In this document: positions 1 through 10,573 of the stretch, piece by piece | Position numbering within the stretch: position 1 is the stretch's first letter | How the letters are laid out: each line of letters starts with the position of its first letter | From: Thermodesulfobacteriota bacterium | Lineage (GTDB): Bacteria; Desulfobacterota_D; UBA1144; Nemesobacterales; UBA2774 | Direction: 5' to 3' | DNA length: 64,000 bases | Assembly (NCBI GenBank): GCA_965223335.1 | Contig: OZ244991.1 | Span: 1,376,001-1,440,000, forward strand | The notes under the pieces: generated by a model | Told to the model about the DNA's origin: nothing | Databases searched by the model: none | What the model saw: the letters and a program-made list of their open reading frames with translations, nothing else | Program-made: the position numbers and the translations under genes

Positions 1-357
1 TTCGTCAATGCCCTCGTACCTGCCGCATACTATGATCAGTTGGTCGTAGGCGGCAAGCTCCCTCGCCGTGTCTTCGTCGTATACTTGCCCTCTAGGGGTG
101 GTTAAGATCACCAACGATTTAAGGTCATTGGTACGTGCACTCTCAATGGCTTTGCCTACGGGCTCAGCCATCATAAGCATCCCGCTACCACCGCCGTAGG
201 GCTTGTCGTCCACTGTTCTGTGTTTATCCTCGGTAAAATCCCTTATGTCGTGTGTATCTATCTGTAGAGTTTTACTCTCGGTGGCCTTGCCTAAAACACC
301 CGACGACAGCGGAGTGCGAAAAAAGTCGGGGAATATTGTTATGATATCGAATTTCAT
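1..357 (-). CDS. trmD: tRNA (guanine-N1)-methyltransferase, 5' part (runs off window edge)
   Basis: Manual translation from ATG at 357: MKFDIITIFPDFF...VDDKPYGGGSGM...CGRYEGIDE; follows rimM. Confidence 0.95.
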   Translation of the reverse strand, partial: MKFDIITIFPDFFRTPLSSGVLGKATESKTLQIDTHDIRDFTEDKHRTVDDKPYGGGSGMLMMAEPVGKAIESARTNDLKSLVILTTPRGQVYDEDTARELAAYDQLIIVCGRYEGIDE

Positions 358-380
358 GGTAGTGGTCTGATAAGGGTTTC

Positions 381-893
381 CTATAGGTCTAAAAGCCCTG
401 GGATGGGTGAAATAACGATTCTCGAGTTATCTAAATCAACCGATACTATAAACGGTTCTGTAAACGGTACTAATATCTCATTCGAATCTTTAGTTACCAC
501 TAGCGTGCTTTGCATGGCGTTGTCAAGCAGGGTTTTCACAGTTCCTATTTGCTTGCCCTCCTCGGTCACAACCTCTAGACCGATTAGATCGTTCCAATAA
601 TATTCATCGTTCTCAAGCTCTGATAGATCAGCCTTGTCTACTAAAACCTCTTTGGATGCGAGTGTCTGAGCTTCTTCGACCGAGTCGATACCGTCCAATT
701 TAACTATGGCCGTGTTTTTATGGTATTTCCTGTGGAGGATGGTTAGCTCTAAGGGCTTTTGTCTATCCCCTAACTTTATGTACAGCCTCTCGATAGTTGA
801 TAGGTTATCAAGCCTACGGCTATAGGGCAGGATTTTGAGCTCACCCTTGACCCCATGTGTCTTGGTTATTTTTCCAAACGGTATGAGCTCCAT
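381..893 (-). CDS. rimM: 16S rRNA processing protein RimM
   Basis: GKITKTHGVKGEL and EYYWNDLIGLEV motifs; rpsP-KH-rimM-trmD order. Confidence 0.95.
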   Translation of the reverse strand: MELIPFGKITKTHGVKGELKILPYSRRLDNLSTIERLYIKLGDRQKPLELTILHRKYHKNTAIVKLDGIDSVEEAQTLASKEVLVDKADLSELENDEYYWNDLIGLEVVTEEGKQIGTVKTLLDNAMQSTLVVTKDSNEILVPFTEPFIVSVDLDNSRIVISPIPGLLDL

Positions 894-912
894 GTTGAGC
901 CCGGGGTTAAAG

Positions 913-1152
913 TTACTCGAGAATCTCCAGCACTGCTCTGCGTCTCATTTTAGCTGCGGCAGCACTTAGAATGGTTCTGATTGCTTTTGCAGTTTTGCCT
1001 TGCTTCCCGATAATCTTTCCCAAGTCCTCTTGCGCCACCTTGAGTTCCAACACCGCTGTCTGTTCCCCAGCCACCTCACGCACCTCTACTTTGTCAGGGT
1101 TATCAACCAGAGATTGTGCTATAAATGATACTAGCTCCTGCAGCCTATCCAT
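913..1152 (-). CDS. khpA: KH-domain RNA-binding protein (KhpA/UPF0109)
   Basis: [17 protein letters not shown]xxG KH motif; lies between rpsP and rimM. Confidence 0.9.
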   Translation of the reverse strand: MDRLQELVSFIAQSLVDNPDKVEVREVAGEQTAVLELKVAQEDLGKIIGKQGKTAKAIRTILSAAAAKMRRRAVLEILE

Positions 1153-1216
1153 CTCTCAATTACCTCCTCACTAGGATCTCAAATCTAATACAAGGTTCTA
1201 CATAGCTTGCACTGGT

Positions 1217-1450
1217 CTAAACCATATTAGAGATGAGTTTGTCCACTCTATTAGTTGTTTTAGCTCCTTTACTTATCCAATCTTGAACCCTATCGGATTT
1301 AACCTCTAGCACGTGTGGCTTCTTGGATGGGTCGTAATACCCAAGAATTTCAAGAAACTTCCCGTCTCTGGGTGAACGTGAGTCAGCAGCAACAATTCTG
1401 TAGAAGGGTCTTTTTTTGGAACCCATTCTCATAAGTCTAATCTTAACCAA
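1217..1450 (-). CDS. rpsP: 30S ribosomal protein S16
   Basis: [30 protein letters not shown]. Confidence 0.97.
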   Translation of the reverse strand: MVKIRLMRMGSKKRPFYRIVAADSRSPRDGKFLEILGYYDPSKKPHVLEVKSDRVQDWISKGAKTTNRVDKLISNMV

Positions 1451-1498
1451 ACCCGAGATACCTCCTTAAATTTATAACGCTAAATATACTACCCAATA

Positions 1499-2833
1499 TT
1501 ACATGAATCGCATCATTCTTTTTGCCATTTTACCCATTTTGCCCATATTCTTCATCATCTTTCTCATCTGCATGTAATTTTTAATCATCCGGTTTACGTC
1601 CTCTACCCTGGTGCCGCTTCCACTTGCTATGCGCTTTCGCCTGCTGCCGTTTAAAATGGTGTGATTGACTCTCTCTTTTTTGGTCATGGAGTTTATTATC
1701 GCAAGAGTCTTGTTGATCTCGGCCTCGGCTTGCTCCATAGCCTTGGGATTGTTTGCAACCTGTTTCATCCCTGGGATCATCTGTGCCATACTGTCGATGG
1801 AGCCCATTTTACGCATAGCCAACATTGCTTCATGAAAGTCGAGCAGTGAAAACTCTTTTTTCAAGAGCTTTTTAGCCATCTCCTCAGCTTTCTTGTCTTC
1901 GAAGGCTGTTTGTGCTTTTTCGATAAATGTAAGCACATCACCCATACCGAGGATACGTGATGCGATACGGTCGGGGTAAAAGACCTCAAGAGCGTCTAGC
2001 TTCTCGCCGGTACCGAAAAATTTAATCGGCTTCCCCGTGACAGCTTTAATAGAGAGCGCTGCACCGCCCCTGGCGTCGCCGTCCATCTTAGTGAGCACGA
2101 TACCGTCTATATCCAGAGCCTCGTTAAAACTGGTGGATACGTTTACGGCATCCTGCCCGGTCATGGCGTCAGCGACCAGCAGTATTTCGTTGGCGTCGGT
2201 CTCAGCTTTGATATGCCGGAGTTCGTCCATTAGTTCTTCGTCAATATGCAGCCGGCCGGCTGTGTCGAATATGATAGTGTCGTTTGCATTTTTCCGGGCG
2301 TTATCCAGAGCTTCTTTGCATATAGCTACGGGATCCATCCCAGGTTTAGTGTCGTGGACCGCCACACCAATCTGCTCACCAAGCACCTTGAGCTGGTCTA
2401 TAGCCGCGGGCCGGTAAACGTCTGCAGGTACCAGGTAGGGGCTTCGGTTAAGGCTATCTTTTAGATACAGTGCCAGTTTGGAGGCAGTAGTTGTTTTACC
2501 CGAGCCCTGCAGACCGACCAGCATGATCCCCACTGGCGGGGCTGCCTTTAGGTCGAGTTCTGAGCTCTCTCTGCCCAGTACATTTATTAGTTCGTCGTGG
2601 ACTATTTTGATGTACTGTTGCCCAGGGGTGAGGCTCTGCATTACCTCGCTGCCAAGGGCCCTGGTTTTTACGGACTCTATAAAGTCCCTGACTACGCGGA
2701 AATTAACGTCGGCCTCCAATAGGCTAAGACGGACCTCACGGGTTGCGTCTTCGATATTTTTCTCGCTGAGTTTCCCGTAACCCTTTACTTTTTGGAGTGT
2801 TGAATTGAGTTTTTCTGATATTCCTTCGAACAT
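1499..2833 (-). CDS. ffh: Signal recognition particle protein Ffh
   Basis: GLQGSGKTT, DTAGR, TKMDGDARGG and Met-rich M domain. Confidence 0.97.
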   Translation of the reverse strand: MFEGISEKLNSTLQKVKGYGKLSEKNIEDATREVRLSLLEADVNFRVVRDFIESVKTRALGSEVMQSLTPGQQYIKIVHDELINVLGRESSELDLKAAPPVGIMLVGLQGSGKTTTASKLALYLKDSLNRSPYLVPADVYRPAAIDQLKVLGEQIGVAVHDTKPGMDPVAICKEALDNARKNANDTIIFDTAGRLHIDEELMDELRHIKAETDANEILLVADAMTGQDAVNVSTSFNEALDIDGIVLTKMDGDARGGAALSIKAVTGKPIKFFGTGEKLDALEVFYPDRIASRILGMGDVLTFIEKAQTAFEDKKAEEMAKKLLKKEFSLLDFHEAMLAMRKMGSIDSMAQMIPGMKQVANNPKAMEQAEAEINKTLAIINSMTKKERVNHTILNGSRRKRIASGSGTRVEDVNRMIKNYMQMRKMMKNMGKMGKMAKRMMRFM

Positions 2834-3209
2834 AATTTTTTCAAATGTAAGATGCTGATTAAATTGACTAAATGTTAATAACTAGCATATGTTACATGCA
2901 ATGTCAAATATTGTTTGTTTATTCTTATTAAGTATATCTATCAATTAATTGTGTGTTTACTGAATCAGTTTTTGCTTCCATTAATCATGATTGTTTAACA
3001 TAAGTGAATATTTGCAAATACTTGCTTATACTCAATATATCTAAAATGTGATAGTTAAGCTGTCCAGGGAGTGGGAAAATTACAGAAATGCAAGCGGTGA
3101 TGCAATATATAAAAATCCTATGACAGTAACCTGCCTGTGACATTTAACGAATTTGCTTAGATATTTAACCTCTTTATTATAAACAGGTAGTCATGGTCAC
3201 TCGGACTGC

Positions 3210-3881
3210 TTATCTGGATTCCGACCTTCTGACCGCTGCAAACTGCTTAGCAGCTTCGGGTAACACTTTGTTAATATTTTCGGGGGTCGGCTCTATTTGA
3301 TTAATCTCCACAATAGCTCTTGCCATGCCCCTAATGATGACTTGTCTGTCTTTGTTTTCGTCGTTAAATGCTTTGGTCTGCTCTGGTGAGAGCCCTGTTT
3401 TCTGTACAAGCAGTCCTTTGGGGCCCTCGGCTACTAACCCGCCAGACAGCATCTGATTGATAGTTGTTTGACGCTGGGACCTTCTTTTATAGGCATCTAT
3501 CACCTGGGGCATTTTCCTAATCTTGTTGGAAATCTGCCCTGCGATATTGCCCTGGGCCCATGCGTATTCACTGAAATCGAGTGTGACCTCTCGTTTAAGT
3601 ACTATGCGCTTTGTTTCTGAGGTAAGCACCGGTTCATCGGGGTATATTACCTTGCCCTGGGGCTCGGTTTTATTATCCTCGTTAGTAGTAGGTGTTGGAT
3701 CTGTGCTCTCCTCTGTTTCTTGGGGTTCAGTGAGGAATTCCTCTTCAAGACTGGTGTAGGCTTCCCTTACCTCCTCGGCCGGGAAGTACACATTGACTGT
3801 GATTGTTGCACATGCGGTTAGATAAAAACATATAACGGCCACACAAGTTTTTATTGAAAAATAGCGAGTATAGTTCATCAT
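3210..3881 (-). CDS. Lipoprotein with YdbL/DUF1318-like domain
   Basis: Lipobox LTAC; C-terminal ENKDRQVI-type segment resembles YdbL; adjacent to AsmA-like gene. Confidence 0.6.
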   Translation of the reverse strand: MMNYTRYFSIKTCVAVICFYLTACATITVNVYFPAEEVREAYTSLEEEFLTEPQETEESTDPTPTTNEDNKTEPQGKVIYPDEPVLTSETKRIVLKREVTLDFSEYAWAQGNIAGQISNKIRKMPQVIDAYKRRSQRQTTINQMLSGGLVAEGPKGLLVQKTGLSPEQTKAFNDENKDRQVIIRGMARAIVEINQIEPTPENINKVLPEAAKQFAAVRRSESR

Positions 3882-3890
3882 CCACCTCTT

Positions 3891-6800
3891 TTAGTTAGTC
3901 TCAATTGTAGGTCCCCCGGCTTGCGATCTTCTAGCGATCTCTCTAATGACTGAGAGAAAATGTGCTATGGATATCGAATTCAGTCTGGAGTCAACCCGTA
4001 TTTGCAGGTCCTTTATTCCTAAAAAGGAATTTGAAATATCTATTACTTTAAATGTTATCACACCGTTTTTAATATAGCCAGAAATCTTTCCCGTATCGTA
4101 GTTGCGTGTAGAACCCAGGAACATTCGTTCTCTGGCCCCGAGCTTTTCAAGCAGTGCTTTCCCTATTTTGTTGGGTTCTTTCTTGGATTTTATAGACCAG
4201 AATTTAAATGGGCCGTCTACAGACGACAGATCACTGCCCTTGCCCGATAGCCAGAAAAGCCCGTTAACTCGGCCGGTAATATAGCCCTGCATTGAGGGCA
4301 GGCGTTGGGATATTGCTTCCAGGCTCACTTTGTTGAGAAGGAACGTTAAGTTGTAATCACTCGGGCTTTTGCCAATCTGATAATTGCCCCTAAGAAACAT
4401 CTGGCCCCTAAAGAGCTTTGATCGCGCCTGTTTTATATTGAGGGTGTCGTGATCGAGTTCAAGCTCACATTCGAGGTTCTCAAACTTTAGAAAACCATAC
4501 TCGAGCTGCTCAATCGACAATGTGTCGGCATCGCTTGTGGTACGGTGGCTCTTCATTGTGTCCAGGTACTCTCTGTAAATCTTTTTGTTGAGATTTAGAT
4601 TAGTGCCCAATAGCGAGCCGAGAACTTTATCGGGTTCGTAGTTATCTCTTAGTGTAAGCTCGCCGTTCATCCCTTTAATTCTGAGATTGGTGTCAGCCAG
4701 TTTGCCTCCGAAGCTCCCGTTCCTAATTACCAAGCTGCCCCCACTTATTTTTCGAGTACCGAAGGGGTCATTTACGTAGAGGTCAATGTCGAGTGTTCCG
4801 CTCAGTTTAGATTGCGTGATTGTATTTGGCAATAGCGGTCCCAGAGTGTTCACGGCTGCATCTATAGGTATATTGCTGCTATTAAATTCGGCTTTTTTGT
4901 TGTCGGTTAATAGATCCATCAAATTGCCCTTAAATTTAATGAGGGAATTACCCTCACCTCTTATTAACCCGCTATCTATTGTAATTGTTTCATTTTTCGA
5001 GCTCCCGGAGATGGTTGCGCTTATGGTTTTGGACGCCGATTCACCGGTTAATTTTATGTTACTCATATTGAGGCTGTAATTCCCCTGCGGCAGCTCACCG
5101 TAGGGAACCGTGCCTTTGAAATTAAATCGAGTGTTTCCTGCATCGATCTTTGGATTAACGGCCACGTTGCTTAGAGTGATATATGTATCTAGTCCCGGGG
5201 GTGATTGGTCCGTGGCTAGGTCTGCATTGCCAGCGAGTTTTCCCTGGAGCACTTTGCCGCTTAGGTCCTCGATGGATATGCCCCCTGGTGTGGGTTTGAT
5301 CCGGGCTTTTATGTCGGTTATTGGCACCGAGGCTATTGTAGCATTTTTAGAGGTTATGCTGCCGTTCCAAGAGGATTTTCTTGTGTCGGCAGTGAAGAGT
5401 TTGAACTCTCCTCCTATCTCTTTTAGTACAACTTTGTCGTCCATCGCCGTGAATGTACCGCTGTCAAACCTGATATCATAAGGGGTGCCGCTTGATTTAG
5501 AGCCGTATTTTATGGACATATCGTCTGAGGTGAATTTCCCGAATGTACCTATATCGGCTCTGAGTTCGCTCAGTTCTAATAGCTCGTCCTTGTACTTGTA
5601 CTTTCCATAAACATTGGGAAATGTGATCGACCTATATCTGCCGTCCTCACCGGTGACTTCACCAAAAAAACCGTCTTTGCCGCTCTGGTCTATGTTTAGT
5701 CTCTCGTTGAACCTGCTCAGAAATACTCCCTTTTCCGGGTCCGAGAATCCCTCTCCCACAGACGACATGACGAGCCTCCACTTTTTATCTCTATCCAGCA
5801 CATAGTTTAAGCTCTTTATGGTGCCCTTAGTGATACTCATGCCACTGAACCTGAGCGTTTCGTAATTTAGGTTCTCGCCCCCAATGGTAATAAATTTGGT
5901 TTCTGCCTGTTTGTCACCGTCCAGGGTCTCGGAGTGTTTGATTACATAGGTTAGATCGACGGGCTCGTCAGTGTACGCGTTTGTAATCTCTACGGAGTTT
6001 CCCCGTTTCATCTTGTGCCTAAAATCGTGTGCGATGAAGTTCACCTTAGACGTAAATTTGTGGTTATCCCCGCTAAAGCGCATCTTGATCGTATCCAGAA
6101 TACCGCTTATATCGATTGGTACGAGTTTTTCCCGGGCTTTATCAAGGCTAATATTTTTGCCGGTGACGCTGCCATTGTATGTCAGCGTTTCCTTGTTTGA
6201 TGAGAATGTAATATTACCGCCCGCAGTGCCACCGAACAGTGATGAGTTGAAACGGTTGAGATCTATTGTGATTTGAGAGAAGTCCTTTGATGCACTTAGA
6301 TTGATATCGGTCGTTATATCTCGGATCAATAAGTTCTTAATATCGAGATCGGATGCGCTGCACTTTCCCCGAGACAGTGTGGAGTCTTTTTGCTCGCTAT
6401 ATATGTTTTTCTCAATCCCCAGGTCACAGTCGAGATTACTTAGTTGGTAGTTACTGTTGTTGTTACTGATGCTGAAATCCCGGAGTATCGAACTGCCCTT
6501 TAGCACAATATTTTTGTTTTTCTCAGACCCGTTAACTGTTAGGTCGTCCAGTTGCAGACTGCCGGTGAGTTCAAGGTCAGAGTTATCAGATATGAGGTTT
6601 TTGATGTTGGATAGGTCGGATGTAGAGGCTTTTCCGGCCAGGTTGAGTTCCCTGCTGTCTCTGAGCTTGTCTACGTAACCGCTGAATTCCAGGTCGGCTA
6701 TGTCCACGAGATTAAAAACAAGTTGATCGATGTCGAGTCTGTCAGAGAGGTGGTCGTAAATTATATTGTAGTCGAGCGTGACCAATTCAGCTCGGCTGCC

Positions 6801-7595
6801 CTCTTTCTGCTCGCTGTTAGTGCTGAGGCCGATACGGCCTTGGGAGCTAAATTTATCGGTATACTCAAACCCTATCTCGGATCCCAGAACCACCCGGGCA
6901 CGAGGGGCAGTGTTTGGGAGGGGTATGTTTACGGTTAGTTCTTCCGATTCGACTGTGAATGTACCGTTAGTGTTGCCTTGTTGGGTTTGGATCTCGCCGT
7001 CTATCGCAAACCCAGTATTGCTTATATCCCAATCGCTTGCTATGCGGATCCGGATGGCACCTAGCGTTTTATCCTGCGAAAGCTCGATATCCAAGAGCGG
7101 TACTTTGATTGATTCGTTCTCGTTTATCTTAATCGTGCTCTGATTTAGTTGCACATGTTTTACAAGGACTGAGTGATCTTTAGTGCTATCGCTCTCTTGG
7201 GCTTTTATGTATGAGAAGAAATCGAGCAGGTCTTGTTTGGAAGCTGATATCTCGGAGCTCTCGATGATTATATCGTCAAGAATAACTTTTTGTGTGAACA
7301 ATGATCCAAGTATAAAGAGATCTACGTTCGCACCGTTTAATTTTATGAGTGTGCGTTGGGGGTCTGATTTTGAGCCGACCCTTACCTCGCTGCCCTTAAG
7401 TCTTAGGAGAGGGTCTACATTGATGCCATCCACATCTACTGTGTAATGTGGATTGTTGTTGAGTTTGGATACAACTTCGCCGACTCTTTTAGGTAGTGTG
7501 AGGTTAAGTATGATTACAAGCGCTATGTAACAGATAAGGAGCAGTGAGAACAGAGCCAGAACTATCTTTCCACTCCTTTTTTCGAAGAAGGACAT
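3891..7595 (-). CDS. Large AsmA-like/YdbH-type intermembrane lipid transport protein
   Basis: 1234 aa, one N-terminal TM anchor, long beta-strand-like periplasmic region with repeated 'FGG..G/LQG..G' segments. Confidence 0.6.
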   Translation of the reverse strand: MSFFEKRSGKIVLALFSLLLICYIALVIILNLTLPKRVGEVVSKLNNNPHYTVDVDGINVDPLLRLKGSEVRVGSKSDPQRTLIKLNGANVDLFILGSLFTQKVILDDIIIESSEISASKQDLLDFFSYIKAQESDSTKDHSVLVKHVQLNQSTIKINENESIKVPLLDIELSQDKTLGAIRIRIASDWDISNTGFAIDGEIQTQQGNTNGTFTVESEELTVNIPLPNTAPRARVVLGSEIGFEYTDKFSSQGRIGLSTNSEQKEGSRAELVTLDYNIIYDHLSDRLDIDQLVFNLVDIADLEFSGYVDKLRDSRELNLAGKASTSDLSNIKNLISDNSDLELTGSLQLDDLTVNGSEKNKNIVLKGSSILRDFSISNNNSNYQLSNLDCDLGIEKNIYSEQKDSTLSRGKCSASDLDIKNLLIRDITTDINLSASKDFSQITIDLNRFNSSLFGGTAGGNITFSSNKETLTYNGSVTGKNISLDKAREKLVPIDISGILDTIKMRFSGDNHKFTSKVNFIAHDFRHKMKRGNSVEITNAYTDEPVDLTYVIKHSETLDGDKQAETKFITIGGENLNYETLRFSGMSITKGTIKSLNYVLDRDKKWRLVMSSVGEGFSDPEKGVFLSRFNERLNIDQSGKDGFFGEVTGEDGRYRSITFPNVYGKYKYKDELLELSELRADIGTFGKFTSDDMSIKYGSKSSGTPYDIRFDSGTFTAMDDKVVLKEIGGEFKLFTADTRKSSWNGSITSKNATIASVPITDIKARIKPTPGGISIEDLSGKVLQGKLAGNADLATDQSPPGLDTYITLSNVAVNPKIDAGNTRFNFKGTVPYGELPQGNYSLNMSNIKLTGESASKTISATISGSSKNETITIDSGLIRGEGNSLIKFKGNLMDLLTDNKKAEFNSSNIPIDAAVNTLGPLLPNTITQSKLSGTLDIDLYVNDPFGTRKISGGSLVIRNGSFGGKLADTNLRIKGMNGELTLRDNYEPDKVLGSLLGTNLNLNKKIYREYLDTMKSHRTTSDADTLSIEQLEYGFLKFENLECELELDHDTLNIKQARSKLFRGQMFLRGNYQIGKSPSDYNLTFLLNKVSLEAISQRLPSMQGYITGRVNGLFWLSGKGSDLSSVDGPFKFWSIKSKKEPNKIGKALLEKLGARERMFLGSTRNYDTGKISGYIKNGVITFKVIDISNSFLGIKDLQIRVDSRLNSISIAHFLSVIREIARRSQAGGPTIETN

Positions 7596-7682
7596 ACAGT
7601 TGATATTATATGGGATTGTTTATCTTTTAAAAGTTAAATGATGAAAATAGAGGTTGTTTTGTGTTTTAAAACTAGGGGTTAT

Positions 7683-8108
7683 TTAGATCTCGGCAACTTT
7701 CTTTGCCTTGATTACGTTTCTAAATGTAAAAATTGAGTATTTCTTCTTCTTTTTAAACTTGCCTGTGACCCTGACCATATCGCCTTTGGTAATCTGGAGG
7801 TGTTCACCCTTGTAATAGACCCCGACGGTGTTTTTATTGGCGTCTCTGATCTTGAATATAGTGTAGGGCCTGCCTTTACTGGATGTTGTGTATTTGACCT
7901 TGCGTACCTGACCTTCTAGGGAGACCTGTTTGTTATTATAAAACCCGGGATCGGTGACTACGTCTTTAATATCGACATCAACTACCTCGGGTACTGCCGG
8001 TGTCGGTGCCGACTCCGCAGGAGTAGTAGTATTCTCCTCCTGGGATAGCGCCAGGCCAGAGATTCCCATAGAGATTATGACGAATAGAATTGTTATGTTT
8101 TTGAACAT
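7683..8108 (-). CDS. Exported OB-fold protein
   Basis: Signal peptide; VSLEGQV...GDMVRVTGKF OB-fold pattern. Confidence 0.55.
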   Translation of the reverse strand: MFKNITILFVIISMGISGLALSQEENTTTPAESAPTPAVPEVVDVDIKDVVTDPGFYNNKQVSLEGQVRKVKYTTSSKGRPYTIFKIRDANKNTVGVYYKGEHLQITKGDMVRVTGKFKKKKKYSIFTFRNVIKAKKVAEI

Positions 8109-8262
8109 GTATATAGTTTACCTTCAAAACCGGATTTCTGAATATATGAATATATTGTGCTCTATCCCCGATAGTTATTCCTAAATCTACAATGTTATAA
8201 TTGCTTCTATTGTATAGCAATGCAATAACACACACGCTAAAAGTGAAATAGGCGGATAATCC

Positions 8263-9057
8263 ATGTACAAGGGCATAGATAAACTCATAAGAGCCGATAT
8301 TGTTGGTAAAAACCTGGAATTTTATGATGAGGTAGGCTCAACAAACGACCAGATGTATGAACTGGTAGCCGAGGGGGCGGTTGAAGGTACTGTGATAGTG
8401 GCTGAATCTCAGACACACGGGAGGGGCAGGCTTGACAGGGTGTGGGTCTCGCCAAGGGGGGTGAATATATATATGTCTGTGTTGTTGAGGCCAGAGATAC
8501 CGGCCGGCAGTGCCCAGGTGATGACCCTTATTGCATCCATTGCACTTCATGATGTTATTGCGAGGTATGTCGAAGACGGTGTTTTTATAAAGTGGCCCAA
8601 CGATCTGGTGATCAATAACCGCAAGACCGCAGGTGTTTTAACAGAGATGCACGCCGATGGGGATAAAGTGGATTTTGTGGTGCTAGGGATCGGGATTAAT
8701 GTGAACATGGAGCGCCGTGAGATCACTGCGTTGAATGATACCGATAAAAAGGCCAATGCTACTTCACTTATGGTTGAAACCGGGAATGAACAAGACCGGA
8801 AACTTATAGTAGCGGAGCTCATTAACTCTCTTGACCATTGGTATTTACAGATGGATAAGGGGGGAGGAGCCCTCATAAGAAGCGAGTGGATAAAGAGATG
8901 GGGGGCGCATAACAAGAAGGTAAGAGTCAGCAAAGATCAACACGGCTATAGTTACGAGGGTGTGGCTAAGGATATAGAAGAAACGGGCTTATTGATAATT
9001 GAAACTACGGGTGGGTATATAAGGAAAGTGATAACTGGTGATGTTTCTATTATATAG
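8263..9057 (+). CDS. birA: Biotin protein ligase without N-terminal HTH
   Basis: STND, QTHGRGR, KWPND, KTAGVL motifs. Confidence 0.93.
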   Translation: MYKGIDKLIRADIVGKNLEFYDEVGSTNDQMYELVAEGAVEGTVIVAESQTHGRGRLDRVWVSPRGVNIYMSVLLRPEIPAGSAQVMTLIASIALHDVIARYVEDGVFIKWPNDLVINNRKTAGVLTEMHADGDKVDFVVLGIGINVNMERREITALNDTDKKANATSLMVETGNEQDRKLIVAELINSLDHWYLQMDKGGGALIRSEWIKRWGAHNKKVRVSKDQHGYSYEGVAKDIEETGLLIIETTGGYIRKVITGDVSII

Positions 9058-9393
9058 TTAGTGGGCGGTCTGCGATAGTACCGAGATCTCTTCACGTATC
9101 TTATGCATTAACTTAGTCCATTCCCGTACGAGTGTGATATCGTTGTCGGCAATGGCTTTCTTTATCTCTATCCCGTTACTTTTTAGTTCCACAGTGCAGT
9201 ACGAGTACCTTTTCTTGATAATGATAGCAAAACGGTACAGCGTGTTTATAACTTCGGGCTCTTTGCTCTCGAACCTGGATACTAAAACCACCTCTTGATC
9301 AAAGCCCTCGAATATCACATTCCAAAGACTTGAGCCCGATTCGAGCACGAATCTAAGTCCTATATTATGTGGAGTAGGTTCTTTGTCTATCAT
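9058..9393 (-). CDS. Hypothetical protein
   Basis: 111-aa ORF filling the gap; no recognised motif. Confidence 0.5.
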   Translation of the reverse strand: MIDKEPTPHNIGLRFVLESGSSLWNVIFEGFDQEVVLVSRFESKEPEVINTLYRFAIIIKKRYSYCTVELKSNGIEIKKAIADNDITLVREWTKLMHKIREEISVLSQTAH

Positions 9394-9416
9394 CTAGAGC
9401 GTAATTATACAATAAG

Positions 9417-9441
9417 CGGCGGACTAAATACTAGTCCGCCG
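9417..9441. terminator. Stem-loop, probable terminator of the TPR lipoprotein transcript
   Basis: Perfect 10-bp stem CGGCGGACTA/TAGTCCGCCG with a 5-nt loop; weak U tract. Confidence 0.5.
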
Positions 9442-9485
9442 AAATGAGTTTGGTGCCCGTAATCTACCGCTATTATTTCTATGAG

Positions 9486-10526
9486 TTACCTGGTTCCCCC
9501 GCCCAGTTGTGCAATTCTTTGTTTTGCCGTTTTGGCATAACCTGAGTACATGTTCTGCCCAACGACAAGGTCTAGGAACTGGCGATAGTACCGTATGGCT
9601 TGTGTGGGTTGGTTGGATTTATCATAACCCTGGGCCAGGAAGAAATAGGCGTCGGGGTAGTTGGGGTTAAGTGCTATTGCTTTTTCTTGTGTAGCAATTG
9701 CGTCCTTCATTTTCTTTTGATAATACTGGGTGATACCTAGGTTCATGTGTGCCGGTGCATAGTTTGGGTTGAGTTCGATAGCCCTGCGGTACTCTGCAGC
9801 AGCCTGGTTGTAATAGCCCTGGGTCCTAAGTGCTGTGCCCAGGTAGTTGTGTAGCTCGGGGGAATCGGCAATCTCAACGGCTTTTCTGTAGTGTTCTGCG
9901 GCCCTGGCATAGTTGCGGGATTTAAAGAAATAGGAGGTGCCGAGGTCGATATGTGCCGGGACAAAGTTAGGATTGAGCTTTAGCACCTTGGCTATATCTG
10001 CTGTGCCGGGTCTGGCACCGTTGGCTGCCCACATTATATATATGCTTTCATAGTCGTTGGGATCTTTGGACAGTACTTTCTGTGCCGTAGCAATCGCATC
10101 TTTTTCGCGGCTTAGATGCAGATAATTGTATGCAAGTGCACGCTGGGCCTCGATGGAGTTTGGGGCCAGTTGGAGTGCTTTTAAAATGTTCTTGTAGGCA
10201 TCTATGAAATACTGTTCATACTCGAGCTTTACCTCAGACCTGTAGTAACCCATGATCGAGTAGATCTCTCCGAGTCCTGCATAGGCAGGGGCATAGTTCG
10301 GGTCCAACTGGATTGCTTTATTGTAGTACTTGATGGCGTTCTGGAATGACTGGGGTGTGAATTTGGCAAATGATTTACGGCCTTGTTCATAGTTGCCTGC
10401 GGCCGTGTTTGCCGTTACTTTGGATTTTGATTCTTTATTTTCTTTGGCCGATATGTTGTTGGTCTGCATGCAAGCCGTGGTAACGACCAAGGTGATTAGA
10501 AGAATAGATAGTGTTTTTAGTTTCAT
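9486..10526 (-). CDS. TPR-repeat lipoprotein
   Basis: Lipobox TTAC; repeated AI.L.PNY..A TPR units. Confidence 0.85.
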   Translation of the reverse strand: MKLKTLSILLITLVVTTACMQTNNISAKENKESKSKVTANTAAGNYEQGRKSFAKFTPQSFQNAIKYYNKAIQLDPNYAPAYAGLGEIYSIMGYYRSEVKLEYEQYFIDAYKNILKALQLAPNSIEAQRALAYNYLHLSREKDAIATAQKVLSKDPNDYESIYIMWAANGARPGTADIAKVLKLNPNFVPAHIDLGTSYFFKSRNYARAAEHYRKAVEIADSPELHNYLGTALRTQGYYNQAAAEYRRAIELNPNYAPAHMNLGITQYYQKKMKDAIATQEKAIALNPNYPDAYFFLAQGYDKSNQPTQAIRYYRQFLDLVVGQNMYSGYAKTAKQRIAQLGGGTR

Positions 10527-10573
10527 TATGACCTCCCCATTGTTTGGGTTTATTCTACATGAAAAGTTTAGTT

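Noticed and set aside
2834..3209. SRP RNA in the AT-rich gap upstream of ffh
   Set aside because: No GGAA-tetraloop domain IV motif or long GC-rich stem seen.
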